In this document: positions 42,768 to 58,153 of the stretch, piece by piece
Layout of the letters: the number at the start of each line of letters is the position of its first letter
Numbering within the stretch: the first letter of the stretch is position 1
DNA from: Eledone cirrhosa
Taxonomy: Eukaryota
DNA: 64,000 bases
Assembly (NCBI GenBank): GCA_964016885.1
Contig: OZ024740.1
Location: forward strand, 345,278,001 to 345,342,000
Direction of reading: 5' to 3'
Translations under genes and position numbers: made by a program
The notes under the pieces: generated by a model
What the model was told of the DNA's origin: nothing
Database searches by the model: none
The model's input: only the letters and a program-made list of their open reading frames with translations

Positions 42768-44011
42768 ATATATATAAATGTGTGGTACATGAATATATTT
42801 CATCTCGTATCTATTGAGCTTGATCTATTTAGGAAATGCACGCTGTATGAAGATAATGCAGTTCCACATTTGAACTACTGGACTTAATAGAACTGCCCAT
42901 CTTAACAGAAACACAGATGCGATAACCTCTGCTTATCATTAAAATGTTATTAATGCTTATGTGTACCGTAATACGGAGTTATATTCCAGTTTTTGTTGAT
43001 GCAATTGTTCCTTTTATTGTCCTGATGGTGTATATCTCTAATCGTTTCACATACTACTCTTCTGTCTTTTTTCAAAGCATAGAGAACCCGGGATTACGCA
43101 CCGAAACATAGGCAATATAGTGTGATTTGAGGAAGATTTGACTACGATGGAATTAAAAGGTCGAGCAACCGCACAGAATCTTCTTTGATGACTCGGAATT
43201 ACTGTAAGTATTAAGGACGAAAGGTCAGTGGCCAGGACATCACGTTATATTCAAATGAAAGAATAACTTAAAAGAGTAACAGAGCTCGTTAAGTTTCTGA
43301 AAATATATCAAAACTTCCCAATTCTGTGGAAGACAATAAAAATCAAATCATCAGATGTTCCTTATTTTTGGATGAGGGTATTTTAAAAAATTTACATTTG
43401 GTTCCATCTCTTGAGTATAGTGCATATAATACGTCTATAAAATAGCATTGTATTTGAATAGACAAATTTATTGGGGCAACCTAGTAATATTTAAGCAAAA
43501 CTGATGAAATTCAAAATTACACACACGTCGGAGAAGACCTATGAAGAAAGATGCCCATTGGCTTCCATTATGGATTTTAATCATACTGTATCTAGGGTGA
43601 CATGTTTCTGTGAAATATTTGGGCTTCTTTTAAAGATGGTTGTCTCTTTTTAGAGGGGTTTCATTCCTATTCCAGTGTGACTTTACGAATATAGATCTGG
43701 TTTCACTTGTTCAAAATAACACGAAATGTCTTAACGAATATACTACATAAATGCAGTATATCAAAGAACATACACACATATGCGTATATGTACACATGTT
43801 CACACTAAGAACAGCATGATCATATGTTCATATATACATATATAAAATGATGAGAAAGAAGGCAGATATTGATATGAATGATACGAAAAGATATAATATA
43901 GTAATAAATTAGTGAAGATAATTTGATATAGCCTACCATTGAAAATCTATCCATCATATAGCCAGAACCCCCCCCCCCCACACACACACACACACATACA
44001 TCTCTCTCATA

Positions 44012-44057
<46 letters not shown>

Positions 44058-44062
44058 CTCTC

Positions 44063-44101
<39 letters not shown>

Positions 44102-44169
44102 GATCGGGATGTAGGATCCAACACGTTAGTAATGTATAGGTATATTCATTTTATTATATGTACTTTCCT

Positions 44170-44242
44170 TACGGGGTCGATAAAATAAAGTACCAGTAAT
44201 GCACTGGTGCATTTGCTGGCCTTGTGCCAAAAAGTAGAAACA
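44170..44242 (+). mobile_element. 5'-truncated SINE with ~17-bp flanking duplication
   Basis: ATTATATGTACTTTCCT at 44153-44169 and 44243-44259 flanks the SINE 3' body. Confidence 0.85.
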
Positions 44243-44315
44243 ATTATATGTACTTTCCTGATGATTTTATGAATGAAATCGTTCTACTCCTGCAGTAATT
44301 ATTTCTATAATAAAA

Positions 44316-44396
<81 letters not shown>

Positions 44397-44579
44397 ATAT
44401 ATATATTTATATATATATATTGTGTGTGTGTGTGTGTTTGTCAGCGTGTTTGCGTGTATACATGCATTGCTATGCATACACATTCACATATTCGTGTTCG
44501 TAGTTATGAAAAGAAATACACGGATAAAAGGGAGACATTTTTATATATATACAGACATTTCTCTCTTTCACATCCACAT

Positions 44580-44712
<133 letters not shown>

Positions 44713-44751
44713 ATCAATAACAAAGAATATATATATATATGTGTGTGTATG

Positions 44752-44786
<35 letters not shown>

Positions 44787-45120
44787 GTGTGTGACTATGT
44801 ATGTATGAGGGTGTGAGTATGTGTGTGTATGTGTGTATGTGTGTGTATTGGGGGAAATGAGATAAACGGAGAGAAAGAGAGAAAGAAATCACGTGGACCC
44901 ACAGAGCAAATAGACAGATAGATGACAGCAACATGTGTATCATTTTTACTGCTAGTTGGTTTCACAGGAGGAATCCACGGACCTCATGTTGTTTGTCTGT
45001 CCAAAGAAGCATGCAATGTGCCTAAACATTGCCAGCACTGAAACTGACGTAAATTGTCAGACCACATAGACATGTATTCTTACATATATGCGTGTATGTA
45101 TGTACACACACACACACACA

Positions 45121-45190
<70 letters not shown>

Positions 45191-45214
45191 TACATATAAT
45201 ACACACACACACAC

Positions 45215-45249
<35 letters not shown>

Positions 45250-45284
45250 CACACATATATTCCTGTATGTGCATATTAATATCA

Positions 45285-45315
<31 letters not shown>

Positions 45316-45640
45316 TATACACACATTACCTGTTGCGTATCGTTTGACATATCCACCTACATACATAATACATTAACTCACACATATAGAAGTTGGCATC
45401 TATTAGAGTTGACTGATCGATCTTACGTACGTACATGTTTGCAGATATCGTCTTTAGTTCGAAACTGCATGTCACACTCTTTTCACATAGATGTCCATTG
45501 ATCTACAAGTATTGTTGGTGTTACTTTCCTTGTTTATATTGCTTTTATTTTACTGTATACATACATCCATGAGTAACCACCGTATTGCAGGCTTGTGTAT
45601 ATATACATATATACACATATATACACGACTGCATTTCGGT

Positions 45641-45705
<65 letters not shown>

Positions 45706-45769
45706 GATACACACACACATATATATTTATATATACATACATATATACATATTTATATACCCATACATG

Positions 45770-45875
<106 letters not shown>

Positions 45876-46012
45876 TACATACATATATATATATTTATAT
45901 ATACATACATACGTTTATATACATATGTATATATACATATATATATATATTTATTTATATACACACATACATATATATATACATACACACACACACATAT
46001 ATATATATACAT

Positions 46013-46084
<72 letters not shown>

Positions 46085-46341
46085 ATACATACACATATAT
46101 ATAATATCTATATATATATATCTGTTTTAACCTGATTAGTTATTTTGTTGTTTTGGTATTGTGTGGTTTGATTTTGCCTACCACAATTTTCAATTTGTCA
46201 AGCTATTTTAAACGTAATGTTATTACTCTAAGGTCCTACCCTGATTGAGTTCTTTGCTACTCATTCCTTATTATAGGTCGACTTTGCTTGGCCACAGCTC
46301 CCACTTATATATATCTATATCTATCTATCTATCTATCTATA

Positions 46342-46379
<38 letters not shown>

Positions 46380-46380
46380 A

Positions 46381-46414
<34 letters not shown>

Positions 46415-46685
46415 CTCTCTCCCTCTCTCTCTCTATATATATATAAAGTTATAACTTTGAATAATAGTCAGATAAAATTTACATAAGTTCCTAATTTGTC
46501 TTCTTAGTCTGTAGAAATTAACTACATTAATAAACATTCAAACAGAGCTAAGCTTAAAATGTTAGTTAACAGAAATAATAGATAAATGGTACGAATATTA
46601 CTTTATGAAGAACAGTCAGATTGAATATACCTATTTGTTCCTTCTTAGACCGTAGATATTAACTAGACATATATATATGTATGTA

Positions 46686-46801
<116 letters not shown>

Positions 46802-47114
46802 TGTGTGTGTGTTGTGTAATAGTGTACACGTAAACGTATACGTTTCCGGAAGCGTACATAACAATGACGTTTGAGGGAATTGGTGTGTATTCATGAATGT
46901 TTATTATTGTTAAATACACACGCTCACAGTCAGACACACAGAAACACTCATTTATATTTATTCATGCGCATATGTACATAATATGTAAATATACGGGCAT
47001 GCTTACATAAGTCCATATGGGCTATATATTTTTATGGTTATTTTCATATATTATTCATGTATTTTAAAAAAACACACAAAGATACGCAGTATACACGCGC
47101 ACATTCATAAATAA

Positions 47115-47187
<73 letters not shown>

Positions 47188-47238
47188 AATAAACATTCGT
47201 TGTACTGCCTCTCTGTTTTGTTCCTGTTCAAATTTTCC

Positions 47239-47287
<49 letters not shown>

Positions 47288-47311
47288 TCTAATATATATA
47301 TATATACTGTA

Positions 47312-47362
<51 letters not shown>

Positions 47363-48594
47363 AATAGTCGTTTCAACAGGTAGTTCCAGACAGGAACTAG
47401 GCTGTTTAACGGCAAGTCCTCACCCATTACCACTGTAGTCATAATCAACCATCCCAAGTACCGAATCTTGAAAAGTATCGCACATTTCAACCTTGGAATC
47501 TATTTAATTCCTTTCAGGTATGTTCTAACTCTGTAAATCTAGCATGAGTGGGAAAAAGATTATTTTGCTGGTTCGAAATGAATTCTACGTGCAGAGAAGT
47601 GGCGTCTCTAATATGTTCGAGATGAGCAGAGAGCGGCTAAACCGTTCTACACATGCCGTATATTGTTGGCTTGCAGAGCTTTTTGAAATCCTTTTTGTCA
47701 CGTGTAAGTGAGGTCCAGTTACTTGCCGAGAATCCATCCCGAACAACGACCCCCCCCCCCCCCCACCCACCCAAAAAATGACAGTCATTACATTACAAAG
47801 AACAATTGGAAATCATTCTAATTTTCGTATATATAATATATATATACACAATAGTGCCTCGTAAGTGGGGCTATCAACTACGATCAACGAAAGAATATCA
47901 TATATTCTAGATTAATCTGAGTACCAAGAGAAATTACCCTCATAAAATTCCTTGCCTCGGTGTACAAGCGGGAACCTAATGTAGGCTCATTTAGTCGAAT
48001 GCTTCACTACTCCTAAGCACCTTGCAATACACATACTGGATGACAACACGTTTATCTTCACATTCTTGTTTACTCTCTTTGAGTAATTATTAAAAAAATA
48101 ATTCATCACAATATTATTGGAATCGTAGTAGCAATAGCAGTAGAAGACGTAGTAGTATGTGTGCAATAACTTATTGTGAAATCTTCGACCTTCAAAAGAT
48201 TCAAATGGTCGCTGTTATGCGTGGTGACTTTTATATTGTCGGCAGTGTTAGCATGGTGGTGGTATAATAAATATATGGTAGTATTATGTCGTTGTTATTG
48301 ATGGACGTCGTGGTTATTATGGTGAAGATAGTATCGCATAAGATGTTGCGATACGCCTGAATCAGCAGTGCGTCGTGAAAGTAATATCATGCTAAATATA
48401 TGATGCATTTATGCATGTATGCATCATATACATGAACAAAATAAAAAAATAAAAAAACTGCTGGTGCGTTCTAATAACTTTGACAACTTCATTATGAATT
48501 ATCATATACGCAGCGCAGAAAGAAAATACGTTTCATTTTTCTCGTGCATTTGTGCACTAAAATATATGCCAATGTTATTATTTGCAGCAATATT

Positions 48595-48606
48595 ATAATA
48601 ATGATG

Positions 48607-48688
<82 letters not shown>

Positions 48689-48740
48689 CAACAACAACAA
48701 CAACAACAATAAAAACAACAACAACAATAAAAAACAACAA
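48595..48740. repeat. (TAA)n/(CAA)n microsatellite
   Basis: Direct reading. Confidence 0.95.
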
Positions 48741-49069
48741 CAATCATGCTAATGATGATAATGAAGGCAACAGCAACAAGAATAAAACCAATGTAAAGAA
48801 TTGTAATGTTATTAAAAGATGAACTCATATTAAAATGAGAAATATAACACATGAATATATTTGGTGTTATAAATACATAAACAAACAAACATACACATTG
48901 AGAATACCAACGTATATATAAACATCTCTATATACATACACGCGCGCGTGTGTGTGTTATATTAAAAACATGACCGCACATTACTTTTCTATGAATAGTT
49001 TTCATATTTCTATCTTAAATCTTGATGTTTCCTTTACAGAAATACATTTGCCATATCCCTATATCTACT

Positions 49070-49101
49070 GACGTTTCGTCTTCTTCAAAACCCATCTTCA
49101 G
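49070..49101 (-). ncRNA. Isolated hammerhead core (PLE pLTR-type), stem I not evident
   Basis: Minus strand reads CTGAAGA-TGG-GTTTT-GAAG-AAGAC-GAAAC-GTC. Confidence 0.45.
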
Positions 49102-49451
49102 ATAATATTAGTGGCGTACGTGCTTTGCTGTCATAACCTAGCATAATTGTATTAGTAAAATCATGGAAGCCGGATTTTAAAGGTGATTAATATTTGTAGT
49201 TTGAAGTTTATTTGATTAATTTCAGATATGTTGTAACTCTATGTCATTCCTCGGGTTACCTATGCTTAGAGATAAATCAAAATAAGCAGAATTACACTTA
49301 CTTTTATATTCGAAAATTTGACGACAAAGAAAGAGATGTATGTATTTCTCACTACATTTGTCATAGTAACATGTCAAATGTATGTATGTATGTATGTATG
49401 TACGTATGTATGTATGTATGTATGTATGTATGTATGTATGTATGTATGTAT

Positions 49452-50046
49452 GTTGGTGCTACTGGTAACATGTATCCCAGTACCACCTGTCTCATGGTCG
49501 GGTTGTTGGCGACTAAACTGGCAACCCCACCAAGGTTTCTTGGTGAGGAGGGTGACTTTGGACATCCTGCAGGACTAAAAACAAAACCTGTCAAAGGGCA
49601 AAGGAGCTCTTAAGAGTCAATGGCCATCCAAAATCACCGGGAGAGATGACCCCTTAGCCTTTGTCAAGGCAGAATTCTAGGAGAGGGAAAACTCTGGTAT
49701 AACACCTGCAACTCTGATGGTATCCAATGATGTTGACTTCTTCTTTTTGGTAAATATCATCTTGGTTAAGAGAGTGGGACTGGCTTTGTGCAGTGCCTTT
49801 GCTCACTATAAAAGCTTCACGGCACAGGCATTGCTTTATATCTGGAGATCTCTCTGCACTTGTCGTCACATGGTACCATGGGCCCAGCACTATGTGTCAA
49901 TAATTGTCACAGGTGTAGTGTTTGTACCAGCGTTTTCACGTCGCTGGCTGGACTAAAAAGTCACACTCGTTCAGCACATCGATAGGGGTTCTCCTAGATG
50001 GATATAAAGTAGTGGCCGTACTCGAACACGAGTTGGCAGCCACCAT
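49452..50046 (+). mobile_element. Non-autonomous bipartite RTE-LINE derivative, copy 1, in (TATG)n
   Basis: RTE 5'UTR-like motifs (GGCGACTAAAC; CTAGGAGAGGGAAAACTCTG) joined to an ORF end encoding a C2H2 finger CSVCTSVFTSLAGLKSHTRSAH (49914-49979, stop 49983-49985), followed by a (TATG)n tail. Confidence 0.78.
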
Positions 50047-50442
50047 GTATGTATGTATGTATGTATTTATGTGGTCTGGTTATGTTAATCACCTGATGTC
50101 TCATGAAAGGATAATAAATCGCAACACTACTCGAAAGAACGTATGTGATATGAAACATAGTGTGTAGAATTAGTTCCGGACTAAAAAAACACGTGGTGCT
50201 GCATAAAGATTGTGGCCCACAGGGTGACCCCCCGCCCTCCCCCTCCCGGTCTTATGGAACGGACAACTCTCTTTTGTCCCCTCTGTCATAAACCATGCAA
50301 ATCTACAGCTGGTCTTCAAATTCAGCTACGAAGTCACAGACGCAGATGGGATGACAATGAAGAATCAATAAGAGATTGCAATCGTCTATGAAGACGCTGC
50401 AATCCTCATGTATGTATGTATGTATGCATGTATGCATGCAAG

Positions 50443-50487
<45 letters not shown>

Positions 50488-51246
50488 GTATCTATGTATC
50501 TATGTATGCATGCATGTATGTATGTCAGTGTGTGTGTGTTTGTGCGTGTGTGTGATTGTGTGTGAATGCATTATGAATTTGTGTTGATATATGGTTGAAT
50601 CATCGTAATTGCAATCAATCGAAGATATTATCAATATTGTGTCCCCCACTCAAACATTAATGTTTGTTCTTATTTATAATACTACAGGTCGAATACCCCA
50701 ATGTTGCTTGCGTCTGATACGTGCTGTACTGCACAATATTCCGTATTTACTCTGTTCCTTTAACATCATTTTGTCTACGAGTTCTCCGGACATTCGATTT
50801 TACTCTTTAACATTTCTCCAGAAAGTGATATCATGTGTGTTCCGCTTGAACCCTTCTTAAAGCGTTACGTTCACAGAGTAAATCGAGAGGGAGGGGGGGG
50901 GGGGGCATAGATAATGAGAGAGAAAGAAAGAAAGAAAGAAGGTAATAAAGAAAGAAAGAAAGAGAAGTTAAGTTTTGGTTTATCATCGAAAGAAAAAGAA
51001 CACATTTCTATGGAAATAGACAACTATAACCACAATTTGAATTGTTGACATGGACAATGAAAATCAGTCCCTTCATAATCATGGATATTTTATAAATAAA
51101 TATATAATACATCTGCATATTTGAATATATATATGTGGATTTATTTACCTATGTATTTATGTATGATTGTATCTGTTTATCGCTCCCTATCTCTCTCTAT
51201 ATATACATACATCCATACATGCATACATGCATACATACATACATAA

Positions 51247-51277
<31 letters not shown>

Positions 51278-51370
51278 CATCCATACATGCATACATACAT
51301 GCATACATACATACATACATACATACATACATACATACATACATACATACATACATACATACATACATAC

Positions 51371-51978
51371 ATGGTGGCTGCCAACTCGTTTTCGAGTACG
51401 GCCACTACTTTACATCCATGTAGGAGAACCCCTACCAATGCGCTGAACGAGTGTGACTATTTAGTCCAGCCAGCGACTTGAAAACTCTGGTACAAACACT
51501 ACACCTGTGACAATTATTGACACATAGTGCTGGGCCCATTGCACCATGTGACGACAAGTAAAGGGAGATCTCCAGATATAAAGCAATGCCTGTGCCGTGA
51601 AGCTTTTATAGTGAGCAAAGGCACTGCACAAAGCCAGTCCCACTCTCTTAACCAAGATAATATTTACCAAAAAGAAGAACAAGTCAACATCATTGGATAC
51701 CATCAGGGTTGCAGGTGTTATATCAGAGTTTTCCTTCTCCTAGAATTCTGCCTTGACAAAGGCTAAGGGGTCATCTCTCCCAGTGAATTTGGATGGCCAT
51801 TGACTCTAAAGAGCTCCTTTGCCCTTTGACAGGTTTTGTTTTTAGTCCTGCAGGATGTCCAAAGTCACCCTCCTCACCAAGAAACCTTGGTCGGGTTGCC
51901 AGTTTAGTCGCCAACGACCCGACCATGAGACAGGTTGTACTGGGATACATGTTACCAGTAGCACCAACTGGTGACCTG
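51371..51978 (-). mobile_element. Non-autonomous bipartite RTE-LINE derivative, copy 2 (inverted relative to copy 1)
   Basis: Reverse complement of 49452-50046 with scattered substitutions; finger reads CSVCTRVFKSLAGLNSHTRSAH; embedded in (CATA)n. Confidence 0.78.
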
Positions 51979-52493
51979 ACATACATACCTACATACCTAC
52001 ATACATACATACATACATACATACATGCATACATGCATACATACATATATATATATATATAAATATAATTTCACCTTCTTCCAGTTCACTCAGCTGGCGT
52101 CAACCGGATTCCAGCAGAAGCAGCGGGAGACAACTATTTATGCATTTCGAGCTCTGTCTCTCATTAGGTCAGTGCTTCCCCTACTCTTTGCTGGAACCTG
52201 ACACATGCGAAAATATATAGTTTTTCGCCTGTGTAGTTGGGCTGATTAGGCCCATTTGCAAATGAATGTGTTTAAGCTATCGAAACTTAGAAGCAGAATT
52301 AAAATTTTACTTTGGGAATGTAATAATTTAGGGTGGTTAGCAAATATTAGATTTTATACTGACCAATGAAGATTTCTCAAGCTCGTAAACACCACTGTCT
52401 TCAGGAATACACTTCCGATATATTACTGTTAATGTACATCTGCTATGTATTACATATTTAACATAAACACACACATATATATATGTGCACACC

Positions 52494-52583
<90 letters not shown>

Positions 52584-52647
52584 AATAAGTGTACATATAT
52601 GTGTGTATATACGTAGACAAACATATAAGCATAAATATATAGAATGT

Positions 52648-52765
52648 TTATAAGTATACATATGCATATATACACATATATGTATATATATTTATACATA
52701 TACTTATAAGTATACATATGCATATATACACATATATGTATATATATTTATACATATACTTATAA
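52648..52765. repeat. 56-bp tandem duplication
   Basis: TTATAAGTATACATATGCATATATACACATATATG... repeated at 52648 and 52704. Confidence 0.85.
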
Positions 52766-52985
52766 ATATGATTCCTATAATTATATATATATGTATATCT
52801 GTGTGCGTAAACGTATGTGTATGTGTATGCAATGGAATGTATTGTTCTGGTATCTGAGTCTTAAAATTTTGAATTGTCATATGTCTTGAAATTGTGATAA
52901 GTACAAACGAAAACTTAATGAAACGGAATTGGATCTCACACTATTTTGACAGGCATGTATGTAATGGGAAGGCAAAGTAACAGCA

Positions 52986-53024
<39 letters not shown>

Positions 53025-53068
53025 CCTATTCCCGTATGCATTAATGACATGCACATAAACACTCAGAC

Positions 53069-53137
<69 letters not shown>

Positions 53138-53262
53138 TGTATATATACATGTGAGTATATAAATCTGCATATATACACATATATAATCGCGTATTCATTA
53201 TATATACACACATATGTACATACATATATACGTACACACACACACACATATATATGTAAACA

Positions 53263-53345
<83 letters not shown>

Positions 53346-53347
53346 AT

Positions 53348-53398
<51 letters not shown>

Positions 53399-54430
53399 CA
53401 TACATATCTCCATATGTACATTCCAACTTGCAAGCATACGAACACAAATACACCCACACAGAAAATACACTTCAGTCTTCCCGCCAGAATGATATAATAT
53501 TTCCGAACTTCATATCTTACCGGTTAATTACTTAGATCTACAGTGACAAGAAAGTTGTTGAGATCTATCATATATAGAGAGAACCATCAATCTTGATACG
53601 AGAAAGCAGATGGCAGATTAAAACCAAAAGAAAAAAAAAATACATGTGGGGTTGGGGAAATGAACAAACAGTTGAAAAATAATAATAAAAATACGAAATA
53701 AATTGATATATAATTAAAGAAAAATTAAATAAAATTCAGACTAAAACAAAACAACTTCTTCTATTCTTCTCTTCTTCCTATCTTGTATTCTTTATTTCGC
53801 TACTTTTGTCTTGTTTTCGTTTTTTGTGTGTATGCATTTCATCGTTTCAAACACGTGTTGAATACGTTTTGACCGGATGCACGTGTTATATTTCGTGGCA
53901 TCCATCTTTTTTTCTTCCTAAATTTCTTTTTTTGGATGGTGTACATTTGTCTGCTTGTTGTAATATAATGGTGTTTTCCTCAACGTTGTAACATTTAAAA
54001 GATATTGGCTTCTCAGATAGATGCCAAACAATGCCATGTTGATTTGTTTTGCTTTCTACATGCCGCTACTGCTGCAATTTTTTTATCTTCTCGTTTTTCT
54101 CTTTACACACACACACACACCCGCGCGCGCACACACACACACATACATACATACAGTACGTATCATTTTCTATTCTCATTTGTTGAGACTTGATATATAG
54201 GTTTGTAACAGTGCGTTTGTATTATCTAAGTGTATGTTTGTGTCTGTAAATCATAGAGAGAGTGGAGAAGAGGGATAGAGGGAAAATGAGAGATAAAGAG
54301 TCATTTAGAAAAGGACTGTAGGTATACTATACAAGCTTGTGTGTGTTTCTGAATATATGTATGTACATTTATGTACACATATACAGACAGACACACGCAA
54401 ACATACACACATGTACAGTATATATATATA

Positions 54431-54587
54431 ACTGTTTCTACTTTAGGCACAAGGCCAGCAATTATTTATCGACCCCGTAAGGATGAAAGGCAAAGTCAAC
54501 CTCGGCGGGATTTGTACTCAGATCGTAAAGGGACGTAACTATGCTGGAAAGAATGGCATCCGACCTTCCACCGATACTGCCAATCCA
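54431..54587 (-). mobile_element. tRNA-derived SINE (internal deletion in the 3' body)
   Basis: Reverse complement of the 30828-31010 family. Confidence 0.88.
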
Positions 54588-54589
54588 CC

Positions 54590-54647
54590 GAGGATCATAT
54601 CTGAAACCGTTATATATATATATATAACGGTTTTAGATATGATCCTC
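54590..54647. repeat. Palindrome centred on a TA tract, with a degenerate HHR-like core
   Basis: GAGGATCATATCTGAAACCGT-(TA)n-ACGGTTTTAGATATGATCCTC. Confidence 0.7.
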
Positions 54648-54779
54648 AATATATTGATTTTACAAGATTGGCACTGTTTCATTCGCTTGATGATTTAAAA
54701 CGAATGAAAATTTTCCCTTCCTGTAGAAGTTATTTCTATATGAAATAGATCATATAAACTCTCTCTCTCGCCCTCCCCC

Positions 54780-54867
<88 letters not shown>

Positions 54868-54940
54868 CTCTCTCACACGTATGTGTGTATGTATGTATAG
54901 TTCATTTTCTTGGTTATGTCTATCGTATTTTACTGCATAC

Positions 54941-55037
<97 letters not shown>

Positions 55038-57063
55038 TATTTTATATATTTATATATACACGAACATATTTTATATATTCATTTTACGGATCCTGTAGCA
55101 ATGGTTTTATTTTATTTTTTTAAACGTTTCTTTTCTTTCTCTTTTGCCTCCTATGTATTATTTGTATCTACAATTTCATATACTTTTTGTTATTTACTTT
55201 GCTTTTGTTACTTTGTGATATGTTTACTGAAAAGACTGCGTACCTAAATCTCTCAAACGTATGTGTGCTTGATTGTATATGTTATTGTATGTGTTTGTTG
55301 CGTACGAAAATATGACTAGTAAAATATTAAGTTTGATAGCTAACAGATGTGCAGAAGCATATCTTTTTTGTTGGGCTGTGAGAGTACATTTGATTTCAAT
55401 GTGGCTGTGCGTGATCATGATTGTGTTTATATTTGTTCCTTTTTTATTGTTTGATTTCAGTTTTACTTTGGTCTTTAGGAAGAGGATGTGGCTATAGCTT
55501 AGCAGTGGTGGTGCTGCTGATAATTCATCAACTGCAGGAAAGTTATACGCATGAGGAGAGGAAAGCAAAAGTGTCGATGTTCTGAAAGGGTTGAGTGTAG
55601 GTTTTAGTGGTTAGAGCATGTAGGGCACATGGCACGTTATATGTGTTTGTAAAAGTATAAATGAGTAAATCAAAAACGCCCGAGAGAAGCTAAAACTGGA
55701 CCAGCCAATTCCAATGAACATTTTTGTAAAGGTAGAAAAATGTAGAAAGTGGAGCAACAGCTCATACATCATACTTAAACAACATCCTATGTTCACCCGA
55801 ACCGACTAAAATACAATCCAAATTGCCCTAGACCTCGCTGCACATTTTCTTAAACTACTGAAAATAGCAAACGAATCAACTCCGAATAACACTACACAAT
55901 TGTTTGTCTTGTCTGTAATAGCAGGTAAATAGCCTTCAATTTAAACCTAGATAGGACACACTGAATTGCGCTGACCAAAATAGTCAGTGAGTGGCCGAAT
56001 GACGGAGATAATGATGATTGATGGAAAACATTTCATTGTGTGTCTGCTCAGAGAAACTTTTTTTATTGATACATAAATTCATCCACACAGATATAGTTTC
56101 AACTGTAAATATTTCGTTGTTTAAGTCGCTAAATTGGTCGTGTATGCCCAGGAAAAATTAGCGTGAATTATTTGCCCAAGCTCACTGAGCTTCAATCCTC
56201 ACCGAGGTCAACTGCTTTCGATAAAATAAGTATCACACCAAGGCATTCGATTGATGGAGTTGCAAGAACACTGAATGAGATGCCATGTGGGGACATTCCG
56301 CCTCATTGCATTCTGAGTTCAAATCTCGCTGTTCACTACATGTGTGGTAGAAGCCATTCACCAGGCCTAGAGTGCTTTTAGCTGATTAGGTTCAGTTACT
56401 TGCATTCAAAATAAAACTATTGTTTGAGAATCCATCGCTCACTCTCTTCCCCTGTCTCAAATGCTCAGAAAAGCGTCATGGGCATTGCCTTTATCAACCT
56501 GACTAACATTAAAACGGTTACTAGAATTTATAACCATCATCAAAAGCAAGAACAGTAATTATATTATAATCGATATTATAATTATTACCAGTACCATCAT
56601 CTACATCATCTCTATTTTCTTCATCATCATAATCATCAACATCACCTTAATAATCATCATCCTTAATAATCACCATCCTCATCGTCTACAACAGCACCCT
56701 TCCTATTATCAGTTTCATTGCCATCGACATCATCCTCATTTTGATCATCTCGACCATCATGATCATCATTATAATCACAATGATATAAGATTATCAGACA
56801 AATGTGAGAAAAAATGGGAGCGAAACAACTTTATACTTCATTAAACAAATATATGTAGCCGCAAGACAAAAAGAAAGAGCAACAACAGCAGCATTAAGGA
56901 GGAGGCTGGGATCAAGTGACACAGTTGACCACTGGAGCTAAAAACAAGGACACGCACAATCATACATACACACAAACAAACACACCTACAGATACAAACG
57001 CACGGGCACAGGCAAACCAAAAAACAAAAATACATTTCAACAAAGAAAAACTTGTATGTAAAT

Positions 57064-57116
<53 letters not shown>

Positions 57117-57150
57117 TACATACACACACACACACACACAAACACACACG

Positions 57151-57222
<72 letters not shown>

Positions 57223-57495
57223 AAGAAGTAAAAACATAAAGTGGAACACAAAGAAATGGAAAAGTAAAAAAAAAGCCGAAGGAATTATTTCCCCTTAGGC
57301 TAATTTTTTCAGGATAAAGGAATAAAGGAATAAACAAGAACCTTTATAAAAGGAACAATGGATAAAAAACAACAAAATCAAATCAGAAAACAAAATCAAG
57401 TATATAACAATACAGAAAAAACAAAAAGCAATAATGTAGCCCTAGGTTATAAAACATTGAGGTGAAGTAATATGAAGAGTTAGGGAAAGATATGC

Positions 57496-57611
<116 letters not shown>

Positions 57612-57663
57612 CATATATATATATATATATGCATATATATATATGTGGGTGTGTGGGTGTATG

Positions 57664-57718
<55 letters not shown>

Positions 57719-58061
57719 AGTGAATGTGTGAAAGAGAGATTGGGAGTGAAAGAGATGCAATCTGACGACCGTCTGTCATACTTAGATAGACAGACCTTCT
57801 GTATAGTACATAAACAAGAGGACTTTTCTTGACAATATAAATTCACACAGGGTGGATCTCTATTGTCATTGTGCTGTGTGTTGTGTTTAGGGGTTGGGAT
57901 GTACGTATGTGTACGTTTGTGTATGTATTTGTGTGTGCGTAAGCATATACGTGTGTTCTCTTTCACGATATATATGTGGGCGTATGAATGTATGTATATA
58001 TTATCTATATATGAAGGTATGATATTTACCTTTATACTTATATACATACACATATACATAG

Positions 58062-58142
<81 letters not shown>

Positions 58143-58153
58143 TATATATATAT

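Noticed and set aside
42850-43740. Possible decayed Tc1 transposase on the minus strand (HQDN, SPVVQMWN-like remnants)
   Set aside because: Only faint scattered motifs with many stops and no TIRs found.
45408-45476. CTGATCGA ... CGAAAC-TGCAT-GTC as a hammerhead
   Set aside because: Core has an extra base and no consistent stems I or II.
49212-49956. ORFs duplicated at 49.2-49.9 kb and 51.4-52.0 kb that look like paralogous genes
   Set aside because: They are readings of the two inverted RTE-derived repeat copies.
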